A stretch of DNA of 49,609 nt, taken from the NCBI GenBank assembly GCA_018651925.1, contig JABIDC010000002.1, forward strand, positions 1 to 49,609, in the 5' to 3' direction. The stretch comes from an archaeon (GTDB lineage Archaea > Nanobdellota > Nanobdellia > Pacearchaeales > GW2011-AR1). A program made the position numbers and the translations under genes. The notes under the pieces are model-generated. The model saw only the letters and a program-made list of their open reading frames with translations, ran no database searches and was not told where the DNA came from. Positions 27,436 through 37,177 of this stretch are shown piece by piece. The first letter of the stretch is position 1. Each line of letters opens with the position of its first letter.

Positions 27436-27474
27436 AATTAATAAAAAATAACTTTATTAATAAAGGTTTTCCTC

Positions 27475-27648
27475 TTATTTGCTGATTGCGTCTACAGGAC
27501 ATTCTTCGATTGCACTCTTTACACAAGGTAAATCTTTTTGTGCTTTTACTTTTGCTTTTCCGCTGTCTTCCATTTCAAAAACTTCTGGACAGGTTTGAAC
27601 ACAAGCGCCGCAACCAATGCAAGTCTTTTTGTTAACTTTTATTGCCAT
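27475..27648 (-). CDS. fdx: Monocluster [4Fe-4S] ferredoxin, 57 aa, missed by the ORF track
   Basis: Translated by hand: MAIKVNKKTCIGCGACVQTCPEVFEMEDSGKAKVKAQKDLPCVKSAIEECPVDAISK*. CxxCxxC...CP pattern. Confidence 0.92.
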   Translation of the reverse strand: MAIKVNKKTCIGCGACVQTCPEVFEMEDSGKAKVKAQKDLPCVKSAIEECPVDAISK

Positions 27649-27730
27649 GGAAAATACACGAGAAACTTATTTATAAAATCTTTGGGAAATTTTGCACTAA
27701 ATTTATAAACTTTAATTCTTATTTATTTTG

Positions 27731-28282
27731 ATGTGGGAAATAATCATCTTAGCAATTGTCGTAATCATCGGAGGAATGTTCTTTGGTTATTATAATCGGT
27801 TTGTAACGTTGTCTAATAGAATTGATAATTCTCTTTCTCAAATTGATGTGCAATTGAAAAGGCGTGCAGATTTAATTCCAAATTTAATCAATACTGTTAA
27901 GGGTTTTGCAAAACATGAAACAGCTGCCATTAAAGCAGTTACAGATGCAAGAAAAGCTTTGGTTGGTGCAAAGGGTGTTGAGAAAAAAGTTGAAGCAGAT
28001 AAAAAATTAGAATCTGCATTAAAAACAATTTTTGCAATTGCAGAAGGATATCCTGATTTGAAAGCAAATACCAATTTTTTAGAACTTCAAAAAGAATTAA
28101 CTTCTACTGAAGATAAAGTTGCATATTCTCGACAATATTATAATGATAGTATTCTAACTTACAATCTTTTATGTAGGACCTTTCCAGGAGTTTTATTTGC
28201 AAATATTTATTCTAAGAAACCAAGAACTTATTTAGAAATTGCTGCAGAAGAAAAAGAAGTTGTTAAGGTCGATTTTAATTAG
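27731..28282 (+). CDS. lemA: LemA family protein
   Basis: TM, YNRFV, SQIDVQLKRRADLIPNLINTVKG, AEGYPDLKAN.NFL.LQ.EL..TEDKVAYSRQYYN. Confidence 0.93.
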   Translation: MWEIIILAIVVIIGGMFFGYYNRFVTLSNRIDNSLSQIDVQLKRRADLIPNLINTVKGFAKHETAAIKAVTDARKALVGAKGVEKKVEADKKLESALKTIFAIAEGYPDLKANTNFLELQKELTSTEDKVAYSRQYYNDSILTYNLLCRTFPGVLFANIYSKKPRTYLEIAAEEKEVVKVDFN

Positions 28283-28333
28283 TTATTTTCCAGAAGAATA
28301 ATATTTATAATTGGTTTTATTTTTGGTTTTGTT

Positions 28334-28687
28334 ATGGATTTAAGAAATTATTTTGGAAATTTGACTAATTATGCGGTAGAGAGATTACAAGAAACTTATG
28401 AAACAATGATTGAATCTTTTAATCTAAAGTATGCTCTCGCAGGAATTAATGGAGTAAATGTTAATTCTGGATTAGAGGGGGAAGTTAAATCTAATGGGGT
28501 TTTTCATTTTGCAAGGCGTCACGGAAAGGGAAACAAATCTAAGGGTGAAACTACTGGAACTATCTCTGTTAGAAATAGAAAAACTGGAAAAGTTATGAAT
28601 ATTCCGGACACAGAAAAAATTCCTAAGAAATATCAAAGAAATCATGTGGATAAATATGCAAATAAAAAAAATAAACCCAAATATTAA
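28334..28687 (+). CDS. Hypothetical protein with a highly basic C-terminal half
   Basis: 117-aa ORF with its own TATA (TTTATAA about 23 nt upstream), lying between lemA and htpX. Confidence 0.6.
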   Translation: MDLRNYFGNLTNYAVERLQETYETMIESFNLKYALAGINGVNVNSGLEGEVKSNGVFHFARRHGKGNKSKGETTGTISVRNRKTGKVMNIPDTEKIPKKYQRNHVDKYANKKNKPKY

Positions 28688-28711
28688 AAAGTAATTTTTC
28701 TTAATTTGCAT

Positions 28712-29596
28712 ATGAAACAAAGAGTGGATTTTCGTGATCAAATTTCTAAGAATAAAATGAAGTCTTATTTTTTGATGGTTGTTATCTTTTTTGTGATTTT
28801 AATCTTGGGATATGTTATTTCAATGGCCACTGATCCAGGGTATTTTTTTGTAATAATGATTTTTGCGATTATTTTTTCAATTAGTTATTTATTGGTGAAT
28901 TTTTATCATTCAGATAAAATTGCTTTGAAGTCTGTTGGAGCGAAAGAAGCGAAACGGATAGATTATAGAGATTATCATAATTTAGTTGAAGGACTTTGTA
29001 TTGCTAGCGGGATGCCTAAGCCAAGGCTTTATGTTATGGAGTCTTCAATGATTAATGCTTTTGCTAGTGGGAGAGATCCTGAACACGGGGTTATTTGCGT
29101 TACAAAAGGAGCTTTGGAAAAATTGGAAAGAAGAGAGCTTGAAGGAGTTTTAGCTCATGAGCTTGGACATATAGCTAGTTATGACATGCGTTATATGACG
29201 ATGGTTGCGGTTATGGTCGGAATGATTTCAATTATCTCTCAAGTTTTTCTTCGTAGTCTTTGGTTTCGGGGAAGGGGAAGTAGTAATGATTCTTCAAAAG
29301 CAATTTTTATGATAATCGGAATTGCTTTGGCAATCATTGCACCAATTGTTGTTTATTTTGTTCAGATGTCAATTTCAAGGAAGAGAGAATTTACTGCGGA
29401 TGCTTCTGCTGTTAAGTTTACAAGGTATCCTAATGGTTTGATTAAAGCTTTAGATAAAATCGGAAAAGCAAATCAATCTAATGAAAAAAAAGTGAATAAA
29501 GCCTTGGCTCCGTTGTTTTTTTCTAATCCGTTTAAGGGAGCAGGAAGGACTCATCCTCCTTTAGAAGAAAGGATAAATGTTTTGAAACGTATGTAA
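28712..29596 (+). CDS. htpX: Zinc metalloprotease HtpX (peptidase M48)
   Basis: INAFASGRDP, ELEGVLAHELGHI (HExxH), ISRKREFTAD, THPPLEERI. Confidence 0.93.
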   Translation: MKQRVDFRDQISKNKMKSYFLMVVIFFVILILGYVISMATDPGYFFVIMIFAIIFSISYLLVNFYHSDKIALKSVGAKEAKRIDYRDYHNLVEGLCIASGMPKPRLYVMESSMINAFASGRDPEHGVICVTKGALEKLERRELEGVLAHELGHIASYDMRYMTMVAVMVGMISIISQVFLRSLWFRGRGSSNDSSKAIFMIIGIALAIIAPIVVYFVQMSISRKREFTADASAVKFTRYPNGLIKALDKIGKANQSNEKKVNKALAPLFFSNPFKGAGRTHPPLEERINVLKRM

Positions 29597-29630
29597 TTAA
29601 TTTTATAAACTTCTTTAATCTTTTTTTATT

Positions 29631-30419
29631 ATGGGTTTTGCAAGAGGGAGTTTACTTAGTTTTGTTGGATTTTTGTTGTTCTTATCTTTGTTAATTGGAA
29701 ATCTTTTTTGGACTTTTTCATTATCTTTGGAGTATGATCAATTTAAATCCGAAGTAACTCCTTTGATTAGTTTGAAGGTTAATGAATCTGTTCCAGAAGG
29801 TGTTGTTGAAATTATGCAAATTGCTTGTGTTAATGAATCAGAATATGTTTTTTATCAAGATCAATTTGATGTAGCATTGTCTCTTCCCTGTGATATTGTT
29901 GATGCGGGAAAGGAAGAAATAATTTCTTATTCTGTGGATAATGTTTTGGAAGATATTTATTACAAGGAATATGATTGTTCTTTTGTGGGTTGCTTGTTGG
30001 GAGAGGGATTTTCTCAAATGATTATTTTTTCAAAAACTGCCAAAGATTATTTTCAAGGAAGATTTTTATTTTTTCTTGTGATTGCTTTAGTTTTAATTGG
30101 ATTAACTTTTTTACTTGTTAGTCAAAAATTGAATTTCTTGCCAATTGTTGGAGGATTAATTATTCTCTCTGCGATTCCTTTAAAGAAACTTGGTGCAGCA
30201 ATGACTTTTCTTTTACCTTCTTTTTTTGAGGAATTTGGATTGGTTTTTGTAAGCAAAGCCGGATTTGTTTCTTCAATTATTTTAACTTTGGGGATTATTA
30301 TTTTGGTTATTGGTCTTATTTGGAAGTTTTTGAGATTTGACAAGGTGAAGAAGAAGTTTACTCGAAGAGAAGTCGAAGAGATTGTGAAGGAGGAAGTTTC
30401 TAAAGCAGAGAAGAAATAG
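29631..30419 (+). CDS. Multi-pass membrane protein with an extracellular Cys-containing loop
   Basis: About 4-5 hydrophobic helices. YYKEYDCSFVGC. Confidence 0.65.
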   Translation: MGFARGSLLSFVGFLLFLSLLIGNLFWTFSLSLEYDQFKSEVTPLISLKVNESVPEGVVEIMQIACVNESEYVFYQDQFDVALSLPCDIVDAGKEEIISYSVDNVLEDIYYKEYDCSFVGCLLGEGFSQMIIFSKTAKDYFQGRFLFFLVIALVLIGLTFLLVSQKLNFLPIVGGLIILSAIPLKKLGAAMTFLLPSFFEEFGLVFVSKAGFVSSIILTLGIIILVIGLIWKFLRFDKVKKKFTRREVEEIVKEEVSKAEKK

Positions 30420-30453
30420 TTAGTTTTTAATACCTTTAATTTTAGTAATTCTT

Positions 30454-31383
30454 ATGGCAGAAAAAGTTTTAGTTATGTTTTCTGGTGGGTTGGATAGTCG
30501 GCTTGCTGTGAAGATTATGCAGGAGCAAGGATTGGAAGTAGTTGCACTTTTTTTTAGTTTGCCTTTTGGAACTGGTTGTTGTGATGAGGGATGCAGTTTT
30601 AATTTTTCTCAATTACATGGAATGAATTTGAAAATTGTTGATTGTACAAAGGGAGATAATTTGAAAGAATATTTAGATGTTATTCGTAAGCCTTTGTATA
30701 ATAGAGGTTCTGGAATTAATCCTTGTGTTGATTGTAGATTATTTATGTTTAAGAAAGCTAGAGAAATTGCAGATGAAATGGGAATTGAGATGGTTGTTTC
30801 TGGAGAAGTTTTAGGGGAAAGACCAATGTCTCAAATGAGAAAGTCAATGCGTATTGTAGAGGAGGAGTCTGGATTGAAAGGAAGGCTTTTGAGACCACTT
30901 TCTGCTAAATTCATGGAGGAAACAATTGGAGAAAAGAAAGGATATATTGATAGAAGTAAATTATATTCAATTGAAGGAAGACAAAGAGTTAAACAAATAG
31001 AATTGGCAAAGAAGTTTAAGATTAATTATCCAACTCCTGCTGGAGGGTGTTTGCTTTGTGAGAAGGCTTTGAGTAGAAGATTTTTAACATTATTAGAAAG
31101 AGATTTGAGTGGAAATCAAATGAAAATTTTGGAGATTGGAAGACATTTTATTATCGATGGAGTTTGGGTTGCAATTGGACGGTATGCAAAAGAAAACCAA
31201 ATAATTGAAACCTTTGGAAAAGAAGGAGAAGTTGCAATTACTGAAGGGTTTCCTGGTCCTACTTCTGTAATCTTTGATGATTGTAGTGATGAGGCGAGAG
31301 AGAAAGTTAAGGAATTGGTTTTAGCATATTCTAAAAAAGGTTCATTAGAAGCAAGAGAGAAGTTTGAAAAGTTCAAATTATAA
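30454..31383 (+). CDS. PP-loop tRNA thiouridylase (ThiI/MnmA-like, DUF814-type C-terminus)
   Basis: SGGLDS PP-loop, NPCVDCR, SGEVLGERPMSQ, LLRPLSAK, YPTPAGGCLLCE, GRHF. Confidence 0.8.
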   Translation: MAEKVLVMFSGGLDSRLAVKIMQEQGLEVVALFFSLPFGTGCCDEGCSFNFSQLHGMNLKIVDCTKGDNLKEYLDVIRKPLYNRGSGINPCVDCRLFMFKKAREIADEMGIEMVVSGEVLGERPMSQMRKSMRIVEEESGLKGRLLRPLSAKFMEETIGEKKGYIDRSKLYSIEGRQRVKQIELAKKFKINYPTPAGGCLLCEKALSRRFLTLLERDLSGNQMKILEIGRHFIIDGVWVAIGRYAKENQIIETFGKEGEVAITEGFPGPTSVIFDDCSDEAREKVKELVLAYSKKGSLEAREKFEKFKL

Positions 31384-33402
31384 TTATTTCTTTTTCTTTT
31401 CTAAATTAGAAATAAAATTCTTTATGAATTTTTGATGTTCTTCTGAATTTTTGAATTCGGTAATTGTATGGAAAGTATTTCCGTTATGTGCGTGTTTAGC
31501 TGTTTTAATTTCTGTAGATAGTTCTTTTGCAATGCTTTCTGATAAAACTATTTTTTCTTTAGAGTAAGCAGAGATTTTTTTTGTTCCAGTAATTGCATCT
31601 TTTATGCTCATAAATTTTAAAATTCCATTTTCATTCTTTGCAATCAATTCTCCGTTATTCATTGATATTCCGAATTCAATTTTTTGTTTGAATAATTTAT
31701 TGTGTCCATCAATAATTTCTTTTATTTTTTGAGATAATTTTAATGCTTGCTTTTCATTTTTGAAAGTTTTTGTTTTTATTGGAGATAAGATAAAGAAGAA
31801 ACTATCTTGATTTTCATAGATTGAAGATTTATATTCTGTTGCTAATTTTGAAATCTTATCGAATGTATCTTTTGTAGTTTGTTTATTTTTTTCAAGTTCT
31901 TTTAAGTTTTTTATTCTCAATCCTATAATTGTTGATTTTTGTTTTTGTCCTTTTATTGATAAGGAGATTTCTGCCTTTTTATTTGTAGAATCGATTATTC
32001 CTTTTTCTTGGATTTCGGTTTTTGATTCTTTCTTTTTTGGGCTAGATTTTGATTTAATGTAACCAAAGAAGCTTTTTTTGTATCCTTTTTTAAAAATTGT
32101 AAAAGACATAAATCCTAAAATTGCTATAATAAAAATCCAAACAATCGGATATTTCATTAAAGATGCAGCTGCTTTTCCTGCTTCTTCCACATTGATCGCA
32201 TTTCCAGTAAGCATAACTCCTTTTGAAATTTGACTTTCTCCATTGTTTATTATTTCAATTTGATAAATTCCTTCAGGAGCAGTTAGTTTGAATTCTTTTG
32301 TTTCATCAAGGCCTAAACAAACATCTAAGTTAAGAGATTCATTTCCAATTTTTATTAATACTGATTCATTGCAATATTCTGTATTTCCTGCGTTTTTTAC
32401 AATAACTGAATCATTAATAATTTCTATTTTTATTTCTGGTTTTGCTAAAATTTTTGTTGTTGTTTTTGCGTTTAGGAGATTTGTTGCTGCAGTGATTGTT
32501 AATTCTTCTGGTTCATGATTATATTCTATATCATATTCAAAAAATTCATCTGTTTTTGTTATTTTTTGTTCGATTATTTTATCAAGAGAATCTTTAATTG
32601 TGATTGTTACATTTGCTGGGATGTTCATTCCTGTTTGATCGTGTAAAATTGCCTTTATCTTTAATGCTTCATTTGGATTAATTTCTTCTTTTTCTAAAGA
32701 GATTTCAAGATTCTTTGGGATTTGATTTACAAAAATTTCTTCAATTGCAAATCCTTCATTTGAAGTTAATTCTCCATTTTTTTCATAAATTCTTACTTTG
32801 GCTAAATATTTCCCTGCCTTTATGTCTTGATCTAAAGTTTTATTTATTTTGAAATATCCTTTATTTACTGTAGATAGTTGTGTTTCAATTTCTTTTGAAT
32901 TTTCATCCATTAGAATTAGTTCAGCAAATCCATTTACCATTGAACCGCTTTCTCTTGTGGCAGTTCCTTCAATTATTATTTCTTCGTTTGGATTGAAAGT
33001 TGTTTTTGTAAGTGTTTTTTCAAGATTTATTAAGGTGGAGATTTTGAATTCTCCGGTGGTAATTGGAGTTTCTTCTGACAAGCCGGCAGTTATTTTACAA
33101 AATCCTTTTAGGTTTTCAATAATTGATTTGTCTAGAACTAATGATGGCGGAGGAGACAAAGTTATTTCTTCCCCATAATCTAATGAAATCCCATTTTTAT
33201 AGAAATTTTTTTCTAATCCTTGGCAGACAAGATTCATTTCAAGACTTCCTGCAATGTTATGTGTTGCTTTAATTGTTATTGGGACAGAGATAGAATCTCC
33301 CAAATTATAGATTTCTTCTGGTTCTGAAATAAGAATGATTTGTGAGGAAATTAGATGTAAGAAACTCAATACAAATAATATAGTAAATAATTCTTTTTTC
33401 AT
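31384..33402 (-). CDS. Single-pass membrane protein: signal peptide, Ig-like ectodomain, TM, cytoplasmic degenerate class III nucleotidyl-cyclase-like domain
   Basis: N-terminal signal, beta-rich repeats, TM YPIVWIFIIAILGFMSFTIF. C-terminal pattern STIIGLRIKN...QDSFFF...ALKLSQKI...FGISMNNGELI...IVLSES. Confidence 0.6.
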   Translation of the reverse strand: MKKELFTILFVLSFLHLISSQIILISEPEEIYNLGDSISVPITIKATHNIAGSLEMNLVCQGLEKNFYKNGISLDYGEEITLSPPPSLVLDKSIIENLKGFCKITAGLSEETPITTGEFKISTLINLEKTLTKTTFNPNEEIIIEGTATRESGSMVNGFAELILMDENSKEIETQLSTVNKGYFKINKTLDQDIKAGKYLAKVRIYEKNGELTSNEGFAIEEIFVNQIPKNLEISLEKEEINPNEALKIKAILHDQTGMNIPANVTITIKDSLDKIIEQKITKTDEFFEYDIEYNHEPEELTITAATNLLNAKTTTKILAKPEIKIEIINDSVIVKNAGNTEYCNESVLIKIGNESLNLDVCLGLDETKEFKLTAPEGIYQIEIINNGESQISKGVMLTGNAINVEEAGKAAASLMKYPIVWIFIIAILGFMSFTIFKKGYKKSFFGYIKSKSSPKKKESKTEIQEKGIIDSTNKKAEISLSIKGQKQKSTIIGLRIKNLKELEKNKQTTKDTFDKISKLATEYKSSIYENQDSFFFILSPIKTKTFKNEKQALKLSQKIKEIIDGHNKLFKQKIEFGISMNNGELIAKNENGILKFMSIKDAITGTKKISAYSKEKIVLSESIAKELSTEIKTAKHAHNGNTFHTITEFKNSEEHQKFIKNFISNLEKKKK

Positions 33403-33491
33403 TCTATAAATTGGAAAATTATGTTTATAAGTTTTGTTATAGATTTGGGGATTTTCAATACTTTTAAAAAAGTTCTTCTCTTATTTTTTTT

Positions 33492-34601
33492 ATGGCAAAA
33501 AATAGTGTGACTCCTTATGATGTTAAGGGAAGTGTGGATTATAATAAATTAATTAATGAATTTGGGGTTAAGAGGATCGACGATGCTTTACTTAAAAGAA
33601 TTGAAAAACTTGCTGGAGAGACCCATCCTTATTTGAGAAGAGAGATTTTTTTTGCTAACCGGGATCTTAAGCTTTGGTTGGATGAATATGAGAAAGATAA
33701 GAATGTTTTTCTATATACTGGAAGAGGCCCTTCTGGACCGATACATTTGGGGCATGTTTTTGGATGGATTTTTGCTAAATGGTTGCAGGATAAATTTGAT
33801 TGTGAATTGTGGTTTCAATTTACAGATGATGAGAAATTTTTGTATAAGAATAAAAGTTATGAAGAAATCCAAAAATGGACTCATGAAAACATGCTTGATG
33901 TAATTGCTATTGGTTTTAATCCAAAAAAAACTCATTTTTTAGTTGATACGCAACATGCGGGGATAATGTATCCTGAAGCAATTAAAGTTGCAAAGAAGAT
34001 TACTTTCTCCACAATTAAAGCTTCTTTTGGATTTACAGATACCAATAACATTGGAAGTATCTTTTATACTGCAATGCAAACTGTTCCTGTTTTTTTGCCG
34101 AATGTTTTGAAAAAAGAGAATAAAAGATGTTTAATTCCCCTTGGAATTGATCAAGATAATCATTTTCGTATAAGTCGGGATGTTGTTGAAAAATTGGGAT
34201 TCAAGAAACCTTCTATTATTCATGGAAAGTTTATGCCTGCCTTAGTTGGTTTGGAGGGTAAAATGAGTAGTTCTGACCCAGATAAGGCAATTTTAATGAC
34301 TGATACTCCAAATCAAGTAAAGAAGAAGGTGAATAAACATGCTTTTAGTGGAGGTCAAGATACTCTTGAAGAACATCGCAAAAAAGGTGGAAATGTGGAA
34401 ATTGATGTTGCTTGTCAATGGTTGAAATACTTTGAAGAAGATGATAAAAAATTGGAAGAAATTTATTCTAAATATAGAAAAGGGGAATTACTTAGTGGAG
34501 AAGTAAAGAAAATTTTGATCGAGAAGATTAATGAATTTTTGGCAGAGCACCAAAAGAGAAGGGCTGTTGCAGAAAAGAAGATTGGAGATTATTTGTATTA
34601 G
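33492..34601 (+). CDS. trpS: Tryptophanyl-tRNA synthetase (archaeal/eukaryal type)
   Basis: LYTGRGPSG.IHLGH, QFTDDEKF, GIDQD.HFR, KMSSS, AFSGG. Confidence 0.96.
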   Translation: MAKNSVTPYDVKGSVDYNKLINEFGVKRIDDALLKRIEKLAGETHPYLRREIFFANRDLKLWLDEYEKDKNVFLYTGRGPSGPIHLGHVFGWIFAKWLQDKFDCELWFQFTDDEKFLYKNKSYEEIQKWTHENMLDVIAIGFNPKKTHFLVDTQHAGIMYPEAIKVAKKITFSTIKASFGFTDTNNIGSIFYTAMQTVPVFLPNVLKKENKRCLIPLGIDQDNHFRISRDVVEKLGFKKPSIIHGKFMPALVGLEGKMSSSDPDKAILMTDTPNQVKKKVNKHAFSGGQDTLEEHRKKGGNVEIDVACQWLKYFEEDDKKLEEIYSKYRKGELLSGEVKKILIEKINEFLAEHQKRRAVAEKKIGDYLY

Positions 34602-34646
34602 TTATACATTAAGTAATTTTATAAACATCATTTTTTTAGATTAATT

Positions 34647-36350
34647 ATGAAGATTTTATGTTTGCATTGCGATTATATTGAATGGCAAGGATTGAAGAAA
34701 GCTTTGAAATCTATGGAGGATTTGACTGCAGAAGAAATTGCTAAGAAGAAAGTTGATGAATGTTTGGTTGTTTTGACTGCTGTTGAGAAAGGAGATAATG
34801 TTGAAGAATCTGTTCCATTGTTAATTGAAAATATTCAGAAAATTGCAAAAGATGTTAAGGCAGAAAATATTGTTTTGTATCCCTATGCTCATTTATCTAG
34901 TAATCTTGGTGCGCCAAAAATTGCAGTTGAAATTTTGAAAGATGCTGAAAAGAAATTGAAAAAAGAATTTAAGGTTTCTCGAGCTCCGTTTGGATATTAC
35001 AAAAGCTTTGAATTGAAAGTTAAGGGGCATCCTTTAAGTGAATTGTCAAGAGAAATTGTCGTTAAGGGAAATGAACAAGTTATTGAACTAGATGATAAAG
35101 AAAGAGGTAAGTTGCTTCATGAACTTTCTAAATCTAGGCTTGATACTTCTAAGTTGGCTGAAAATGATCATCGGATTATTGGTAAGAAAATGAATCTGTG
35201 GAGTTTTAATGCTGCAGCGCCTGGAATGGTTTTTTGGCATGATAAGGGACTTCATATTAAAAATAAATTAATTGATTATTGGAGGGAAGTTCATAGAAAA
35301 GCAAATTATGAAGAAATTTCAACTCCACAAATTATGGACAGGAAGCTTTGGGAAGTTTCTGGACATTGGGAAAAATATCATGAGAATATGTTTACTTCGG
35401 ATTATGAAAAAAGAGATTTTGCAGTAAAGCCAATGAATTGCCCTGGAGGAATGCTTGTTTACAAGGCGACTCCAAAATCTTATCGTGATTTGCCTCTTAG
35501 GGCAGGGGAGCTTGGAATTGTTCATAGGCAAGAATTATCTGGTGTTTTAGCTGGATTGTTTAGAGTTATTCAATTTACTCAAGATGATGCTCATATTTTT
35601 TGTACTGAAGATCAATTAGAAGATGAAATTGGAAAGATTATCGATTTAATTAATGAAATGTTTGGAGTGATGGGATTAACTTTAGATCATGTTGAATTAT
35701 GTACTCGGCCAGAAAAAAGAATTGGAGAAGAAAGGTTTTGGGATTTGGCTGAAAAATCTTTAGATAACGTTTTGAAAGCAAGAAAAATGAAATGTCAGTT
35801 GAATAAGGGAGATGGTGCTTTTTATGGGCCTAAGATTGATTTTCATTTGAAAGATTCATTGAATCGAACTTGGCAATGTTCAACAATCCAATTAGATATG
35901 GCTTTACCTGAAAGATTTGAATTAGAATATTCTGGAGAAGATGGAAAGATGAAAAGTCCAATAATGTTACATCGAGTTATTTATGGTTCTATTGAAAGGT
36001 TTATGGGGATTATTACTGAACAATATAATGGAAAGTTTCCAATGTGGCTTAGTCCTAATCAGGTAAAAGTTATGACGATGAATGATTCTGTTAATGATTA
36101 TGCAAAGGAAGTTTATGATTTATTTTATGCGGCTGATTTAAGAGTAGAATTAGATTCAAGAAATGAATCTATTGGAAAGAAGGTTCGTGAGGCTTCAATT
36201 GATCGATTTAATTATCTTGTAACTATTGGAGAAAATGAAGCAAAAGAAAAAGTTGTTGCAGTAAAGAAAAGAGATGAAAAAGAAGTTGTGAAATATAAAT
36301 TGGATGAGTTTATTTCTATGTTAAAAGAAGAAATTCAGAATCGTAAATGA
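34647..36350 (+). CDS. thrS: Threonyl-tRNA synthetase (archaeal N-terminal editing domain plus bacterial-like catalytic core)
   Basis: LYPYAHLSS, RAPFGYYKSF, GHPLSELSR editing domain. KPMNCPG, VHRQELSG, FTQDDAHIF, GAFYGPKID, MLHRVIYGSIERF. Confidence 0.95.
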   Translation: MKILCLHCDYIEWQGLKKALKSMEDLTAEEIAKKKVDECLVVLTAVEKGDNVEESVPLLIENIQKIAKDVKAENIVLYPYAHLSSNLGAPKIAVEILKDAEKKLKKEFKVSRAPFGYYKSFELKVKGHPLSELSREIVVKGNEQVIELDDKERGKLLHELSKSRLDTSKLAENDHRIIGKKMNLWSFNAAAPGMVFWHDKGLHIKNKLIDYWREVHRKANYEEISTPQIMDRKLWEVSGHWEKYHENMFTSDYEKRDFAVKPMNCPGGMLVYKATPKSYRDLPLRAGELGIVHRQELSGVLAGLFRVIQFTQDDAHIFCTEDQLEDEIGKIIDLINEMFGVMGLTLDHVELCTRPEKRIGEERFWDLAEKSLDNVLKARKMKCQLNKGDGAFYGPKIDFHLKDSLNRTWQCSTIQLDMALPERFELEYSGEDGKMKSPIMLHRVIYGSIERFMGIITEQYNGKFPMWLSPNQVKVMTMNDSVNDYAKEVYDLFYAADLRVELDSRNESIGKKVREASIDRFNYLVTIGENEAKEKVVAVKKRDEKEVVKYKLDEFISMLKEEIQNRK

Positions 36351-36862
36351 ATTTTCAATTTTATTTAGAAAAGCTTTATGCAAATAAACATTTTATAGAA
36401 TTTCGTGAGGCGGAGAAAACTGCTTACCCTTGTTCTTGTTTTTTTTCTGTTGATAAAAAAGGGAAAGACGCAAAACAACATTTTGATTTTTATATTCCTG
36501 AGACAAAGAAATTATTTAGTTTTAAGTTAGAGTCTGGAGGGGAAAAAGTTCCTGTTGAAATGTTGGAAGATACGACTCCAAATGAGATTGGTTTGAATTA
36601 TGATTTTGATTTTAAAGAAGTTGAAAAGTTACTCTTGGTGAAAATGGAAGAAGGAAAGATTAAAGGTTCTATCGAGAAAATGCTTTTTTCTTTACAAAAA
36701 GTTGAAGGAAAAGAATTACTTGTTGGGACAGTCTTTTTGTCTATGATGGGATTAATTCAAACTCATATTGATATTTCTGAAATGAAAGTTATTCATTTTG
36801 AGAAAAAAAGTTTTTTTGATATGGTTAAGATTTCTGGTAGTGCTGGAAAAGGTGAGAAATAA
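36347..36862 (+). CDS. Hypothetical protein
   Basis: ATGA overlap with the thrS stop, 171 aa. Confidence 0.7.
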   Translation: MNFQFYLEKLYANKHFIEFREAEKTAYPCSCFFSVDKKGKDAKQHFDFYIPETKKLFSFKLESGGEKVPVEMLEDTTPNEIGLNYDFDFKEVEKLLLVKMEEGKIKGSIEKMLFSLQKVEGKELLVGTVFLSMMGLIQTHIDISEMKVIHFEKKSFFDMVKISGSAGKGEK

Positions 36863-36864
36863 AT

Positions 36865-37146
36865 TTACCAAATAATTTCAGTTTGAGCACGCCTAATGTT
36901 ATAATCTGTTAGTTTTCCTTGAATATATTGATATGCTTCATTTCCTGTTAATCTTTTTTCTTTCACTGTTTCTATTCCCGCTTCAATTAATGTTGGAAAT
37001 TCCCCTGTTTTGTGAAGAATTCTTGCAATTAACCCTCTGGCTCCAATTGCAACTTCTCCTACTAATAGTTTTCTTGATTGTTCTGTAGAAATTCCTAGAG
37101 CAATCATTTCTTCTGTTTGGATTGTTTCATAGTTTTTTTCTGCCAT
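36865..37146 (-). CDS. Small hypothetical protein
   Basis: 93-aa ORF with a TATA-like CTTAAATA about 21 nt upstream. Confidence 0.55.
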   Translation of the reverse strand: MAEKNYETIQTEEMIALGISTEQSRKLLVGEVAIGARGLIARILHKTGEFPTLIEAGIETVKEKRLTGNEAYQYIQGKLTDYNIRRAQTEIIW

Positions 37147-37177
37147 AAATTTCTTTTCGGTTTAGAGTATTTAAGAA

